Shown: one piece after another, positions 50,881-64,000 of the stretch | Layout: each line of letters opens with the position of its first letter | How positions within the stretch are numbered: the stretch's first letter is position 1 | NCBI RefSeq assembly: GCF_037042905.1 | Contig: NC_087252.1 | Coordinates: 14,386,001 to 14,450,000, forward strand | DNA length: 64,000 nt | Reading direction: 5' to 3' | From: Lytechinus pictus | Lineage: Eukaryota | The notes under the pieces: model-generated | The model's input: only the letters and a program-made list of their open reading frames with translations | The model's database searches: none | What the model was told of the DNA's origin: nothing | Program-made: the position numbers and the translations under genes

Positions 50881-53800
50881 TTATACACTTGAAAGAGCAT
50901 CAGCAATGAAATTATTCTTTCCCTTTATGTGTACAATTTTCAAAGGGAATGGTTGGAGCATAAGGCTCCATCTATACAGTCGTTAAATCTTTGTTTTGAA
51001 TTTCTCCAAAAACACAAGAGGTTTGTGGTCTGTATAGACTGTAATCTCTCCATTGGTTAGATACACCTCAAACTGCTGAAGGGCAAGTACGAGACTCAGG
51101 GCCTCTTTTTCAATAGTTGAGTACTTCTTCTGAAACCGATTGAGTTTCTTAGAGAAGTAGCACACTGGTTTTTCGAGGCCTTCTTCATCTTCTTGGAGCA
51201 ATACTGCTCCTACTCCAACATCACAAGCATCAATAGCTACTTTGAACGGCTTTGTGAAGTTTGGAGCTGCCAAAACAGGCTCATTCACCAAAATGGCCTT
51301 TAATTTCTCAAATGATCTCTGACATTCGTCAGACCAAACATACTTCACTTTTTGCTTCAGCAGGTTTGTCAGAGGGCTAACCACTGTACTGTAATTGGGA
51401 ACAAATGTCCTGTAGAAGCCACTCATACCTAAGAATCTGAGCAATTCTTTCTTAGTTGGGGGAATGGGGAAGTCTAAGATAGCTTGTATCTTGGCTTCTC
51501 TTGGTAGCACTTGCCCTTGACCAACCACATGACCAAGATATGTGACCTTTGCCTTGGCAAATTCACTCTTCATCAGATTCACTACTAGATTGGCTTTATC
51601 CAGCCTGTCAAACAGTGCTCTCAAATGATCCAGATGATCATTCCAAGTATCACCGTACACTAGGATGTCGTCTATGTATACGACACAATTGTCAAGTCCG
51701 GTAATCACTTGATTTGTTAACCTTTGGAAGGTTGCTGGTGCAATTTTCATTCCAAAAGGCATGACTTTGCACTGAAATAAGACTTCATGTGTAACAAGGG
51801 CTGATATCTCTTTGGCTCGGTCAGTCAGTGGCACTTGCTAATATCCTTTTAAGCAAGTCTATCTTTGTGATAAAGGCAGAATTTCCAACCCTATCAATAC
51901 AATCTTCTAACCTAGGAATGTGATACGAGTCAGTCTTAGTAACTGCATTTACCTTCCGGTAATCAATGCAAAATCTCTGAGAGCCATCTGGCTTTGGAAC
52001 CATTACAATAGGAAAACTCCAACTACTCTGACTCGGTTCGATTATGTCATTATCTAACATAAACTCGATTTTCTCATTCACCATTTCATACTTGCTTCGA
52101 TTGAGCTTATAAGGATTATAGTCTTACATCACCTACGTCTACATCATGTACAGATAAAGGTGTACGACCTGGTTTGTCTTTACACATATTTTTATATTCT
52201 CTTAACAGGCCAGATATATCATTTCTCTGATCTTCAGGCAGGTGTTTTAATGCCTCAACCATATTTCCTAACATATCTGAGTTAGACAACTTTACACCAC
52301 ATGGTTCGTTCTTAGATACATCTGTATAAGACAATTCATTATCTGTCTTCCCATAGCATTCTTCTTCATGATCATTTACATGTTTTTCTTCTTCTTTAAC
52401 CTGTGTTATACCTATTGACTGACTAGCCTCTCGCTCAAAGTATTCTTTCAACATGTTTACATGACAAACTCTTTGAGACTTTCTTCGATCAGGGGTACTG
52501 ATCACATAGTTGACATCGTTCAATTTCTTTTTGACTATGTAGGGACCACTAAACCTAGCTTCCCCTTGTAAAGGCAACAACACTAACACTTTGTCTCCAG
52601 GCTTAAAACTTCGCTCTTTTGCATTTTTGTCAGCTTGAGCTTTCATTTTTCCCTGCGACATTTTCAAGTGTTCCTTAGCCACATCACAAGCTTTTGAGAG
52701 CCTTTCTCTAAACTTTGACACATAGTCTAGAAGGTTTACATCCTCATCCTGAACCATAAACCTCTCTTTGATAAGCTTTAGGGGACCCCTAACCTCATGA
52801 CCATATACCAATTCGAATGGACTGAAACCTGTGGACTCATTAGGGAAATCCCTAGTTGCAAACAGTAGGAATGAGATCCCTTTATCCCTGTCATCGGGAT
52901 AGTCTTCACAATAAGCCCTAATCATGGTCTTCAAAGTCTGATGATAGCGTTCTAACGCTCCTTGGGACTGTGGGTGATAAGCAGAGGACTTGATCTGCTT
53001 TATTCCCAACTCCTTCATAACTTGCTAAAATATTCCTGACATGAAATTTGACCCTTGATCAGACTGAATTTCCTTAGGCAGGCCATACCGAGTTAAAAAC
53101 TGCACCAACGCCTGTACCACTGTTTTTGCAGTGATACTCCTCAAGGGTATCGCTTCTGGAAAACGTGTAGACAAGTCCATAATCGTCAGGAGAAATCTGT
53201 GACCCGACCTCGTTCTGGGTAAGGGTCCAACACAATCAACAAGAACCCTAGTAAAAGGTTCATCAAATGCAGGAATGGGTATCAATGGAGCAGGCTTGAT
53301 AGAAGGCTGTGCCTTGCCAATAATCTGACATGTTTGACATGTCTTACAGAAATGCACAACATCTTTGTGCATCTTAGGCCAATAGAAATGCCTCATAATT
53401 CTATCTTCTGTCTTCCGAAAACCGACATGACCTGCCATAGGTAACTCATGAGCCATTTTCAGAATCTCTGTGCGGAAACAGGGAGGAACTACAACCTGGT
53501 GAATTATACACCAATCTTCATCAGCTGGTCTCCGGGGAGGTCTCCACTTCCTCATCAAAATGTCATCTTTGACATAAAAGCACTCAGGAACCTTATCAGC
53601 CTCAGCCTCAGAACATGCTTTCTGTGACATGCTTTTTAATTCTGGGTCTGCCTGTTGTGCCTGTACAAGGGAGGATTTACTAAACAAACTATCATTGTTA
53701 GCAACAGAGCCTTCAACACTATCCCCATTCAAATCCTTGAAAAAGGTTTCAGCTAACCAGACATCAGTACTCTTCTCTACATCAGCAGATTCCGCATCAT

Positions 53801-54184
53801 CCTTTTCAGCTCTACGAGTCTGAGACCTAGTAACAACACAATCCGGGAAAATCCCTGGAAAATCTTCCTGCAACAATTCAGTTTCAGCTACCTCAACCGG
53901 CTTCTCTGAAACCACTGGAGATGCAACAACTCTATCTCCAGCCAAGTCGTTACCTAACAAGAAATCAACACCTTCCATGGGTAATTCTGGAACGACACCA
54001 ACAGTCACAGGACCAATAACTAGGTCACACTTTAAGTCGACCTAATGCAAAGGAACCGACATGAAATTTGGGCCAATACCTTGAATTAAGACTTCGGCAT
54101 TCTCTGAACTCTCCGGAGGAATAGCCAAATGCACTGGCACCATCAGGGACTGTGCAGCCCCTGTATCCCTAAGGATTACCACAT
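50881..54184 (-). pseudogene. pol: pol (PR-IN-RT-RH) of copy 2, fragmented by stops and frameshifts
   Basis: RDTGA; HELPMAGH...CKTCQTC zinc finger; DCVGP/SDQG/ERYH integrase triad; YIDD; DACDVG. ORF pieces 53025-54008, 52116-53018, 51821-52084, 50983-51834. Confidence 0.92.
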
Positions 54185-55539
54185 GACCTACCAGCAGCAC
54201 CAGTCGAACAAGGGGATACTTCACCATCATACAAGAAGCTTCTAAAGGTTTCATCAACCTGCTTGACTTTATCAGCAAATACCAGAGAAACACTATCAAC
54301 ATCTCGATTGGGCTCTGATGGGACAAACTCCATCGAGGGAACACTTGTTTGCTTGACAAAACCCATGTCTTTCTTAACTTTGGTTGGCATTCTAACCAAT
54401 TTCCAACATGATTCTTTAAAATGTCCCGATTTATGACAATGAGTACAAATTTTGGAACTACGACTCTCATACCTTTTGGTTGATTCTGTGCCCCCACTAG
54501 CCTGATTCTTGTTAGTGTCTTTGTCCTTGCTTGCATATTTTCCCTCACCAGGTTTATTGTGGGATTCAAATGACCCTTTACCTTTCTTTTTCCAATAATT
54601 CTTGAAAGGAGGCCTATCTCCACTACCTTTATGTGTGACCTCAAATTCATCAGCTACTATGGCTGCTTTACTGACTTCAGTAACTCTATGGTCATCTAAG
54701 TGAGATTTAATGCCAAAAGGAAGACTCTTTTTGAATTCTTCTAGGAGGACAACTTCCCTAAGGTGAACAAAGTCTTTGTCAACTTTCAGTGATCTGTACC
54801 ACTTATCGAACATTATCTCTTGTTCCCTAGCAAATTCAACATACGTCTGGCCTGAGTGTCTTTGCATATTCCTAAACTTATGTCTGTACGCTTCTGGTAC
54901 CAACTCATATGCATTGAGAATTGTTTCTTTCACTGTAGCGTTGTCACATGATTGCATTTCAGAGAGCGAAGAATAGACTTTTGCAGCCTTTCCAACAAAA
55001 ACACTTTGGAGGAGAAGAGTCCAGTATTCCTCGGGCCAATTTAGGCTCTTTGCCACTTTTTCAAATGACACAAAATATGTATCAACTCCCTCTTCATCAA
55101 ACTTTGGCACAAGGCGAATATTTTTCGCCACATCAAAGCCTTGGGAGATTTATCTTTAATAGAGTTAGTATTAGTATTTGCATGAGCTAACTCCATTTCT
55201 TTCAATTTCAACTGGTACTCCAATCTCATCTTCTCCATTTCAATGTTTTCTCTGATTCTTTCCTTTTCAAGGTTTTCTTTGATTTTTTTCCTTTTCCAAT
55301 TCAATTTTTGCCAGTTTCATCTGAGAATCCTCTGACATATTGATTGAAGTTTCAGACTCCTCTGTAAGCTTCATGTGACTAGCTAACAAGTCAATTATCT
55401 CTGCCTTCTTTAAACCTGGGGCTAGAGATACACCCAAATGATCACAAGCTGTTATCAAATCATCTTTCTTCAGTGACTTCAAATGGTCATATGACAATTC
55501 TGTCATTGCAAGAAATTCTTCAACATCAAATGTAGCCAT
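54169..55539 (-). pseudogene. gag: gag of copy 2 (two frameshifts)
   Basis: ORF pieces 55267-55539, 55041-55304 and 54169-55131 together match the copy 1 Gag. Confidence 0.9.
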
Positions 55540-56136
55540 GGTGGAATATACAGAAATACATGCAAGTAATTAACACAGTACAGTATCTTCTACAACTTTT
55601 CAAAAATTTCCAAAATGTTTTCAATTCAAATTTGCTCTTGTTTCAAATTGTCTTTCGTCTCAAGTTGGTTTTCGTTTCCCGAAAAACTGGTTTTTTTTTT
55701 CAGATTGGCTTGTTGTGCAAATTGGTTTTCGTTTCCCGGACAAGCCCCTAAAATTATTTGTTACGATACTGCAACAAATAACAATGAAATATTTTTTAGT
55801 GTTGATGTTGAATTTCCTTTATTCATTACAGGAAATTAATTATACATTTACAATTCATGAATTGAGAATGGTCTTACGTCTCTTGATATTGCGATAATAA
55901 TCCAAATGATAGTATCCAGATAAAAGTCCACAATGATGGCGATGATGAAACTGATGTTGAAGCACGATGAATAACAAGAGTCACTGTAACGAGTTGAAAT
56001 GTCCGTGAAGACGATGTTGATGATGATTAACAGTCAATTTCAACAATCCATGGGTTGAAAAGCGTTCATTGAACAGGTTGATGAACTCGATGAGAACTGA
56101 GAATTCCTCTCTCAAAATAACTGAAAGCAGTTCATT

Positions 56137-57648
56137 CAGTGGCGCATCGTGGGTCACGGCATTGGGGGGGGGGGCACCAGCAAAAATTTCGAGTCACTTC
56201 GTGAGCGCGCGAAGCGCGCTGAGTTGCCAGGTATACTGACCTAATAGAGACATTTTAAGGACATGCAGTGCCATTAAACGGATATGTATCTCACTAATTA
56301 AATAATGCGAGCGTGAAGCGCGACTGAAAATTTTTAGACCTAAAAAAGGGACATTATAAGCAATTTTTTGTAATCATGATACGTACCGGATATCTAAACA
56401 AACAATGCGAGCGCGAAGCGCGAGCTGAAATTTTTGTATAATTATATTGACACCAAACAGGGACATTTTAACGATTATTTTTTTTGGAATCCATTTAAAG
56501 CATAAATATCTCACCATAGTCATCTAATGCTAGTGCCATGCTTTGCTGATTTTATTAGAATTACATCTCAACACATGAAGTCATTGTAATCATGATTAAC
56601 ATACGCATCTCACTAATCAATTATTGCGAGCGCGAAATGCGAGATGAAAATTTAGGAAATTAAGACCTGAAATGGAGCATTTTAAGGCTTGTTTGTAGGA
56701 ATTCATGAACGTATTTCACTAACCAAATGATGTGAGCGCGAAGCTCGAGCTGAAATTTTTGTATATATTGAACTCAAACATGGACATTTTAAGGACTATT
56801 TTTTAGGAATCCATTAAGAGTATACATATTTCACCATAGACATCTACTGCGAGTGTCAAGCGCGGCTGCTTCGCTGATTTTGTTAGAATTACATCTAAAC
56901 ACATGAAGCACTTTTTGTAATCATTGTAATCATGATTATCATACGCATCTCACTAATCGAATTGCGGGCGCTAAACGCGAGCTGAAAATTTAGGAAATTC
57001 AGACCTAAAGAGGGGCATTCTAAGGCTTGTTTGTAGGAATTCACTAAGACCGTAAGTATTTCACTAACCAAATGATGCGAGCGCGAAGTGCGAGCTGAAA
57101 ATTTGTATTATTCAGATCAGAAAAATTGACATTTTGAGGACTGATTTTAGGAATTCATGATGAGCAGACACCTCACCATTCAACTAATGCGAACGTAAGC
57201 ACGAACAGGAAATGTTTTATACTAAGACCTTTTTGTAGTCATGAAAAAGAAGCATAGTATTATCACTATTACCTAAAACAATAATAACTCGAATTGCGAG
57301 GAAACATATTTGGTGTATATTGACTTGAAAACGGGAAGTTTTAGTACAACAGGATTATATATCTCGTTAAACTATCTATGCGAGCACCAGGAACAATGAA
57401 GACACATGCCCTGAGCAAAAAATGTTTCATAAAGTTATGAAAAAAAACTTCTTATGTAATATAACAGAACATAATATAATATAACATTATAATGAACAAT
57501 AATTTATTTTTTCCCACTACGTTTCTCTTCTTTTCTCCCTCTTTTTCTCCCTTTTCCCTTTTCCCGTTTTTTTTTTCTTTTTTGCCAGACGATTGGGGAG
57601 GGGGGGGGGGGGCACGTGCCCCCCATGCCCCCCGTAGTTACGCCACTG
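56137..57648. mobile_element. hAT-like element (paralog of 42036-43860), ~313 bp shorter
   Basis: Same AGTTCATT TSD and same termini. Confidence 0.88.
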
Positions 57649-58330
57649 AGTTCATTGATGGCGGGCAAATAATTCCCAGAAGATAAATATTCTAGGTGGA
57701 AATAAACTCTGCACTGACATAAAGTCTGGCGTGAAACTCTGAGTTCTGATCTGATGTGATGAAGTGATCTGATATGATCAAGTGATATAATATGATATGA
57801 TTAAGTCCTTGTAGAAACTGCAGTTTATATATACACATTTTAACTATTCTAGATCATTCTAGTATTCACTATTCTAGAGGCTTCTATATAGTATTCACTA
57901 TTATTGAAGGTTCTAGTATTGTCTTTAAAAAAACATTCTCCTTTCAGGAGCAGTCAAATTCCAGAAGACTCTTGAATGACCTCATTGAAATCAACAGTGT
58001 CAATAAAATAGCTAAGCCTATTGTTAATTTCCACTACTACTGGAATCATATTGTTCTCTTCCACTGCCTGAGGAATCTATTGTTTGCTTTTCTGTATTCA
58101 AAAATAAAACTCCTCGGCCTTTAAATAGGCAAGAGGCCTGCAGAACAAAACCTTTTACAAACACGTTCTCGAATGTTCATTCTTGGCTATCTATCCTTAA
58201 CGAGAAGATCACTAAATAAATGAATGTAATTGCTCTTCCAATTCTTCTTCTAAATAACAATATATATATATATATATATATAGGAATTTTCCTCACCTCA
58301 CCGCTGGTCTAAGTTGATACATTTCAACTA

Positions 58331-58373
<43 letters not shown>

Positions 58374-58377
<4 letters not shown>

Positions 58378-60212
58378 GTACCAGACATAAGTATTAGGGA
58401 AGTGCTTACACTATCGTACCTAGTACCTAATTATCTTTAAGTTTAAAGTATATAAACTAATACAGAGCAGAGTGGGAAAGTCAATGGTTGTCAGATCTAA
58501 TTTTTGTAAGCCGCTAATTCAGAAAATTTAACTTTGAATCTTCGACACGATTACTATCTTCTTTTGAACTTCGTAGATGGACATCTTTCAAGATTAACGA
58601 AACAATGTGAGAATATTTTCTTTTGATATATTTGTTGTATTAAAGACGTTGTTTGCATCATTGAACAATAGTCCTAGAAAATGAGGGTTCTGCGTGTTAT
58701 TCACAACTGGCAGCATCCCTTGGAAATCAGGTAGGTATGCTAAAAAGCAAAAATAAAAAAAGAGTCGACTTCATTTTTTCAAGATTATTTTTATTCTTTT
58801 TTTTTTTAATATTTATGTTTTGTCTTTGTTCCTTTTTGTGGCTTGTCATTTTTTTCCTGGACAAAAATCACCTTCCTTTTGTAACGCCACAATTTTTTTT
58901 TTATTATTATAATTTTACTTATCAAATTTCGACCAGTACTCGGTTTTGAAAATCATTCTCAGGGCCCGGCATCATAAAGGTATTCTATCGACCTAAATTC
59001 ATTTTAGTTTTTAGCCAATGACAATGGAATGAATTACGAACTTTTCATTATTTCTAGAAGTCATTGTTGTATTTAAAGAACAAAACAATGAGCAAAAGGT
59101 ATATTAGCAAACAAAACACTATCTTAAACAAACACGAACTATCTTGTCACTTATTAACAAAAATCCATACATGTTACCATTATATCAAAAAGTGCTGCGT
59201 GCGATGTATCTCTATTTACATAGGCATCAGTTTTATATTATATCTTGAATATTATCGATATTTGTATTAACCTCTTAAAATACTCATGAATATTTGAAGA
59301 AAAATAGCCCTGTCATCTTGACACCTGTGTCTTTCGATTTTGTGATTAAATGCAATAATTACTCACTATTTAAATTTATTTCCTCAAAATGTTGCACGAT
59401 ACGCTAAGTCTTAGGTGTCTACAGCGCGTCCATTGTCTGAAACCGAGGCACTATGCGCTATATTCCAAGCCTCACGTCTGACATCATATTTATACAGCTG
59501 CAATCTATAAACAGATATTCTCTGAAAAATCTGAGTCAAAATGTTGAAATAAAATTCAATTATATCATGTGAAATCCTACATGTCTCTCTAGAAACGGTT
59601 TTTTTCTCTTGATGAATGTTGTGACAAATCTAAAAAAAAATCACCATTCATTTTCTATCGTCAGGTTTTTATGAGATTTGAACAATCATATGACAAGCTC
59701 CTCTGCCTCAGATTTATCAAAGTAGGGGCCCCGGGTCTAATTCTAGGGAAATATTTTTATTCATACTCACCAAAATGTAGACAAAAATGGTTGCTAGCTC
59801 TGGAAACTTTTATTACAATAAAAGCTACGTCTACCATTCTTCTCGATTCCCATTCAGTTCATAATATACAATTTAAAATAAACATATGGCAAGCATGGCA
59901 AAGTTGTCACATAATCATAAAAGTCAAATATGTTCAAAGAAGTTCCCCCAAAATGAGTCACTAAATAAAGCTATATGGCCCTGTAAAATAATTTCCCTGA
60001 TTTATGCAGACATGTTTACAAAAAACATTGAAAAGACATCCATTAGAGAAGTATCGATTATGAGGGAAGACAGGTAAAATATATCTTACCAACAGTTACA
60101 ATCATGACGTTTGCTTGAATTGTAATTGTGAATATCAAGATTCATCATATAAAACAAGGTTAGCAAAATGAATTATTAATAGTGCTTTAATGCATCCTTC
60201 GTGTGGTACTGA
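58374..60212 (+). mobile_element. Apparently complete ~1.84 kb non-coding element with TCAGTACCA...TGGTACTGA termini
   Basis: Short inverted termini; (TA)-rich flanks; lacks the 415 bp internal duplication of the other copies. Confidence 0.65.
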
Positions 60213-60249
60213 AACAAATAAATGTGTATATAAATATATATATATAATA

Positions 60250-61186
60250 AGATATCTTCAAGTTTAAAGTTTATAAAGATATAAGGAGCAGAATGGGGAA
60301 GTCAATGGTTGGCAGATCTAATTTGTGTAAGCCGCTAAATCAGAGAATTTAATTTTGAATCTTCGACATAATTACTATCTGCTTTTGAACTTCCTGGATT
60401 TTCTCAAGAATAACGAAGCAATCTGAAAATATTTTCTTTTGATATATTTGTTGTATTAAAGACGTTGTTTGCATCATTGAATAATAGTCCTAGAAAGTGA
60501 GGGTTCTGCGTGTTATTCACAACTGGCAGCATCCTTTGAAAATCAGTTAGGTATGCTAAATAGCAGAAATTAAACAAAAAAGTACTTTATTTGTTCGTTT
60601 TTTTTTCTTTCTTTTTTATTGAAGCATTTCATATTTTTCTGGACAGAAATCACATTTATAGCGCAGATCTGCACTATTTTTTTTTGTTTACTTGTTTAAT
60701 TTCCACATGCACCTATATTGAAAATCATTATCAGGGCCCGGCATCATACAGGTATTTCATCGGCCCAAATTCATTTTATTATTTAGCAAATGACAATGGA
60801 ATGAATTACGAACTTTTCATTATTTTTAGAAGTCATTGTTGCATTCAAAGAACAAAACATTGAACCAAAATTATAATAAGTAAATAAAACACCAACCATA
60901 AACAAACACGGACAATCGTGTCACTAATAAACAAACATCCACACATATTACTGTACAGTGCGTAAAAAAAAGTTTCCACTTAGAAAAAAATCTTGTAAAA
61001 TTATACATATGTAAATATACTGAAGATTTTTTCACATTGTTACACTGGTACAGATCATTTAAGCAAATGACGATATAACTGTCGAAAAATATTTCCGCTT
61101 GAGTGAGCACCACTCACTTAAAAAAAAATTAGTGAAAAATGATTTGCGCAGAACTTTGAAATAGTTATGCGAATAAAAGTAGACCT
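60250..61186 (+). repeat. Forward copy of the second TCAGTACCA-family variant plus one end of the Tc1-like MITE
   Basis: Reverse complement of ~33935-34890. Confidence 0.8.
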
Positions 61187-61189
61187 TAA

Positions 61190-61605
61190 AGGACAAGTAC
61201 ACCCCAACAAAAAGTTGATCTGAATAAAAAGAAAAAAATCCAACGAGCATAACACTGAAAATTTCATAAAAATCGGATGTAAAATAAGAAAGTTATGACA
61301 TTTTAAAGTTTCGCTTAATTTCACAAAACAGTTCTATGCACATCTTGGTCGGTATGCAAATGAGGGGACTGATGACATCACTCACTCACTATTTCTTTTG
61401 TATTTCATTATCTGAAAAATGATTTATTCCCATTTTCTCCTCATTGTCCTTGAAACAAAGTTTCATTCCTCCCTGAATATGTGGAATTACCATCGCCTTA
61501 ACATTTTATGGTTCAGTCAAGTTGGTCCTTATTGTCAAATCTCTAAAAATGGTAATATTCTATATTTCAAATAATAAAAAACAAAAGAAATAGTGAGTGA
61601 GGGAC
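61190..61605 (+). mobile_element. Kolobok-like MITE (TTAA|AGG...), truncated
   Basis: TTAA|AGGACAAGTACACCCCAACAAAAAG; internal inverted CACTCACTATTTCTTTTG / CAAAAGAAATAGTGAGTG. Confidence 0.65.
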
Positions 61606-61703
61606 CAGGGACCTGGGAACGATTTTTTCAGTGGGGGTGCTGAAATCTCTCCTCAGAGGTGGGGGGGGGGGGGGGGACAGACACAATTGAGTTTAACATA
61701 ATT

Positions 61704-61740
<37 letters not shown>

Positions 61741-63020
61741 AATATACATACATATGACAGTCACTTCTTGGCTTTCTTCTTATAAAAGAACATAAATATA
61801 TAATTAGATAATTCGAGTGCGAAGCGCGAGCTATTTTTTGTGGAAATTTCATGTATTTTGCCCTGAAAATTGAACACTTTGAGCAATGTTTGTGGTCAAA
61901 GATGCGTATGTAACAAATAATAATTGTGAGCGCGAGCAGATATTTTTTTATATACGCTCTGGCCTGATCGAAAGGGACGTGTTATAAGGACTGTTTTGCA
62001 GTTACCCATGAAGACGATACATATATCAACAATCAAATAATGCGAGTGCGAAGCGTGAGCTGAAAATTTTGACATTCCGACCTAAATACTGGACATTCTA
62101 AGCACGTTTTTTAATTATGAGCAGGATAGGTGTATTTACAATTGATGCGAGCGCGAAGCGCGAGCGGAAACAAAATTAAGATTTCAGACCAAAAAAACGA
62201 GAGATTCTAAGTACTTTTCTAATCATGATAAGGATAGGTATAAAACTATACAATTGATGCGAGTGGAAATAAAAATGAGATTTCAAACCTTAAAACGAGA
62301 CATCATTCTTATGCACTTTTCTAATCATGAACAGGATAGGTATATAACTATACAATTGATGCGAGCGTAAAGCGCAAGCGGAAACAAAATTGAGATTTTA
62401 GACCTGAAAACGGGACATTCAATTCATGTTTTGTAAATCAAGAAAATGATGGGTAATTGGATATATTCTTAAATTAATAATGTGAGCGCGAAGCGCGAGC
62501 AGAAAATTGTTGATATTCTGATCTGAAACTCCACACTGAATGTAAAATGGTTTGAACAGATAAAGAAAACTCAGACGAACATAAGAATAAAGATTTGATC
62601 AAAATCAGACAAGGAATCACAGTTATTGCATTTTAAAGATTAGCATTATTCCCCACTTGTTCTTTTGTATTTTATTATATAAAATTAGGTTTATTCAATT
62701 AATTCCTTTCAAGAACCAAAACAGTTGAATTGACAACTGATTTATTCCATTAGATATTTTTTGCTGCAACTTATTTCATTATAAGGGAGACATATCATTC
62801 ATTCTGGTATGAAAAAATGAAACAATTTTGATTCCACAAGGAACAGCTAGGATAATGGGGATGTGACAGCATCAGCCCACCTATTAAATATGCGTGCGCG
62901 TGTTTAGAGTTGGACCTAGTATCTGGGCATTCTAAATACATTTTTTATGATAAAAATCAATAATGCGAGCGCGAAGCGCGAGCAGAAAACATTTGATATT
63001 CCGATCTGAAAGAGGGTGAA
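61606..63020. mobile_element. GCGAGCGCGAAGCGCGAGC-family element fragments with a nested diverged Kolobok-like piece (~62530-62890)
   Basis: Repeated motif units similar to 26750-27320. Confidence 0.55.
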
Positions 63021-63192
63021 TTTACCCCCTCTGCTACTATAGGGTGTGACAGGTATTACGACTTTGCTCATGAAGAAAAAAAAATAAATGGAAAGTAATG
63101 AAATATGCATCCAGATCACGTGTCACCTCATTAACCCAAATGACCAAGTTCATGCAGGGATGGTGTTAGGCTATTTTGAGACTGAGGACGAC

Positions 63193-63292
63193 AGCGTTTC
63201 ATGAAAGGACTTGTCAGACGTTTTATCCGACTGTTACCATAGAAACAGTGCTTCTCCGCCAATCAAATCCAAGTAAAGTTGTTGATGAAACG
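63193..63292. mobile_element. Small Harbinger-like MITE remnant
   Basis: GCGTTTCATGAA ... TTGATGAAACGC inverted ends, similar to the 21988 element termini. Confidence 0.45.
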
Positions 63293-64000
63293 CTTCCGAG
63301 ATGACCAGGCTCACAAAATCACTTCATTTCTCTTCAAGCAAACAGAGGAGAGATGGAGCTCCACGATCAATTCAAATTGTTTCCAATACCATTCCTATAC
63401 CCTTTCTTCCCTTATCTTACATGACCCTGGGAACAATTCTAATAGGGGATGTTGGTTTGGAAGAAAACTTTGACAAAAAAAAAAGGTTTTGACTACAACA
63501 TGCGGTTGATTTGGGTCTAGGAAAAAAATAACTAGCAAATTAAAAAAAAGTATTCACTACAAAATGAAGGTGATTTTGGTTCAATTTCTACATTTTAGCA
63601 AACCTAAACCTGATTTCCAAGGGGTGCTTCCTCTGGTGTTTACCATACGCGACACCCCAAGCAAATCTTCAGCACCCTTGCACCCCCGCTTCTCACTTTC
63701 ATAATTGGAGGATAGGTTTATGAAAGGGGTATCAAAGGGCCCGCTTCCCAGCCCGTAGGGCCATGGGGCAAGGCGAAAAAGACTGTGAAATTTGATTTCT
63801 ATTACTTGTAATTTTTGTATACAATACACGGGCGGTCGGGCGTGCGCTCACTTGATTCGACATTAAACCTGGAAGTTTCAAGTCCAACCACCCCAGTGTG
63901 TATCACGTATTGCGCGCGACTACGTCTGTATCGGAGTGCTGCCCCGCTGGAGCTTGATTGAGTCGCGTTATATAGGAGGGGTGTTATTGGAATATGTGAA

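Larger units (their letters stand above)
49128..58259 (-). mobile_element. Gmr1-like Gypsy LTR retrotransposon, copy 2 (defective)
   Basis: LTRs at 49128-50671 and 55759-58259; PPT 50672-50686; PBS 55734-55750; same nested insertions as copy 1. Confidence 0.95.

Overview
AT-rich animal genomic DNA, probably an echinoid (sea urchin); this is inferred from the abundant GCGAGCGCGAAGCGCGAGC-type MITEs and TTAA-AGG MITEs. The window is dominated by transposable elements. Left part: a decayed L1/Tx1 LINE interrupted by a MetaSINE-like element; the only convincing host-type CDS (7066-8016, minus, 316 aa, single coding exon, helical protein with a central hydrophobic hairpin); a 9.2 kb TGT...ACA fold-back element; many MITEs; and a HARBI1/Harbinger exon. 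From about 30.8 kb to 61 kb there is a ~14 kb tandem segmental duplication. Each unit carries a dead Gmr1-like Gypsy LTR retrotransposon (gag-PR-IN-RT-RH, minus strand) with the same MITEs nested in its LTRs. Two small copy-specific insertions are the most unusual features. One is a 112 bp palindrome encoding a minimal hammerhead-like motif on each strand, flanked by a 14 bp TSD. The other is a (TA)n-embedded element with direct plus inverted repeats that carries a complete tRNA cloverleaf with a UCA (UGA-reading) anticodon followed by a T6 terminator. All coordinates and alignments were made by eye; no database searches were run.
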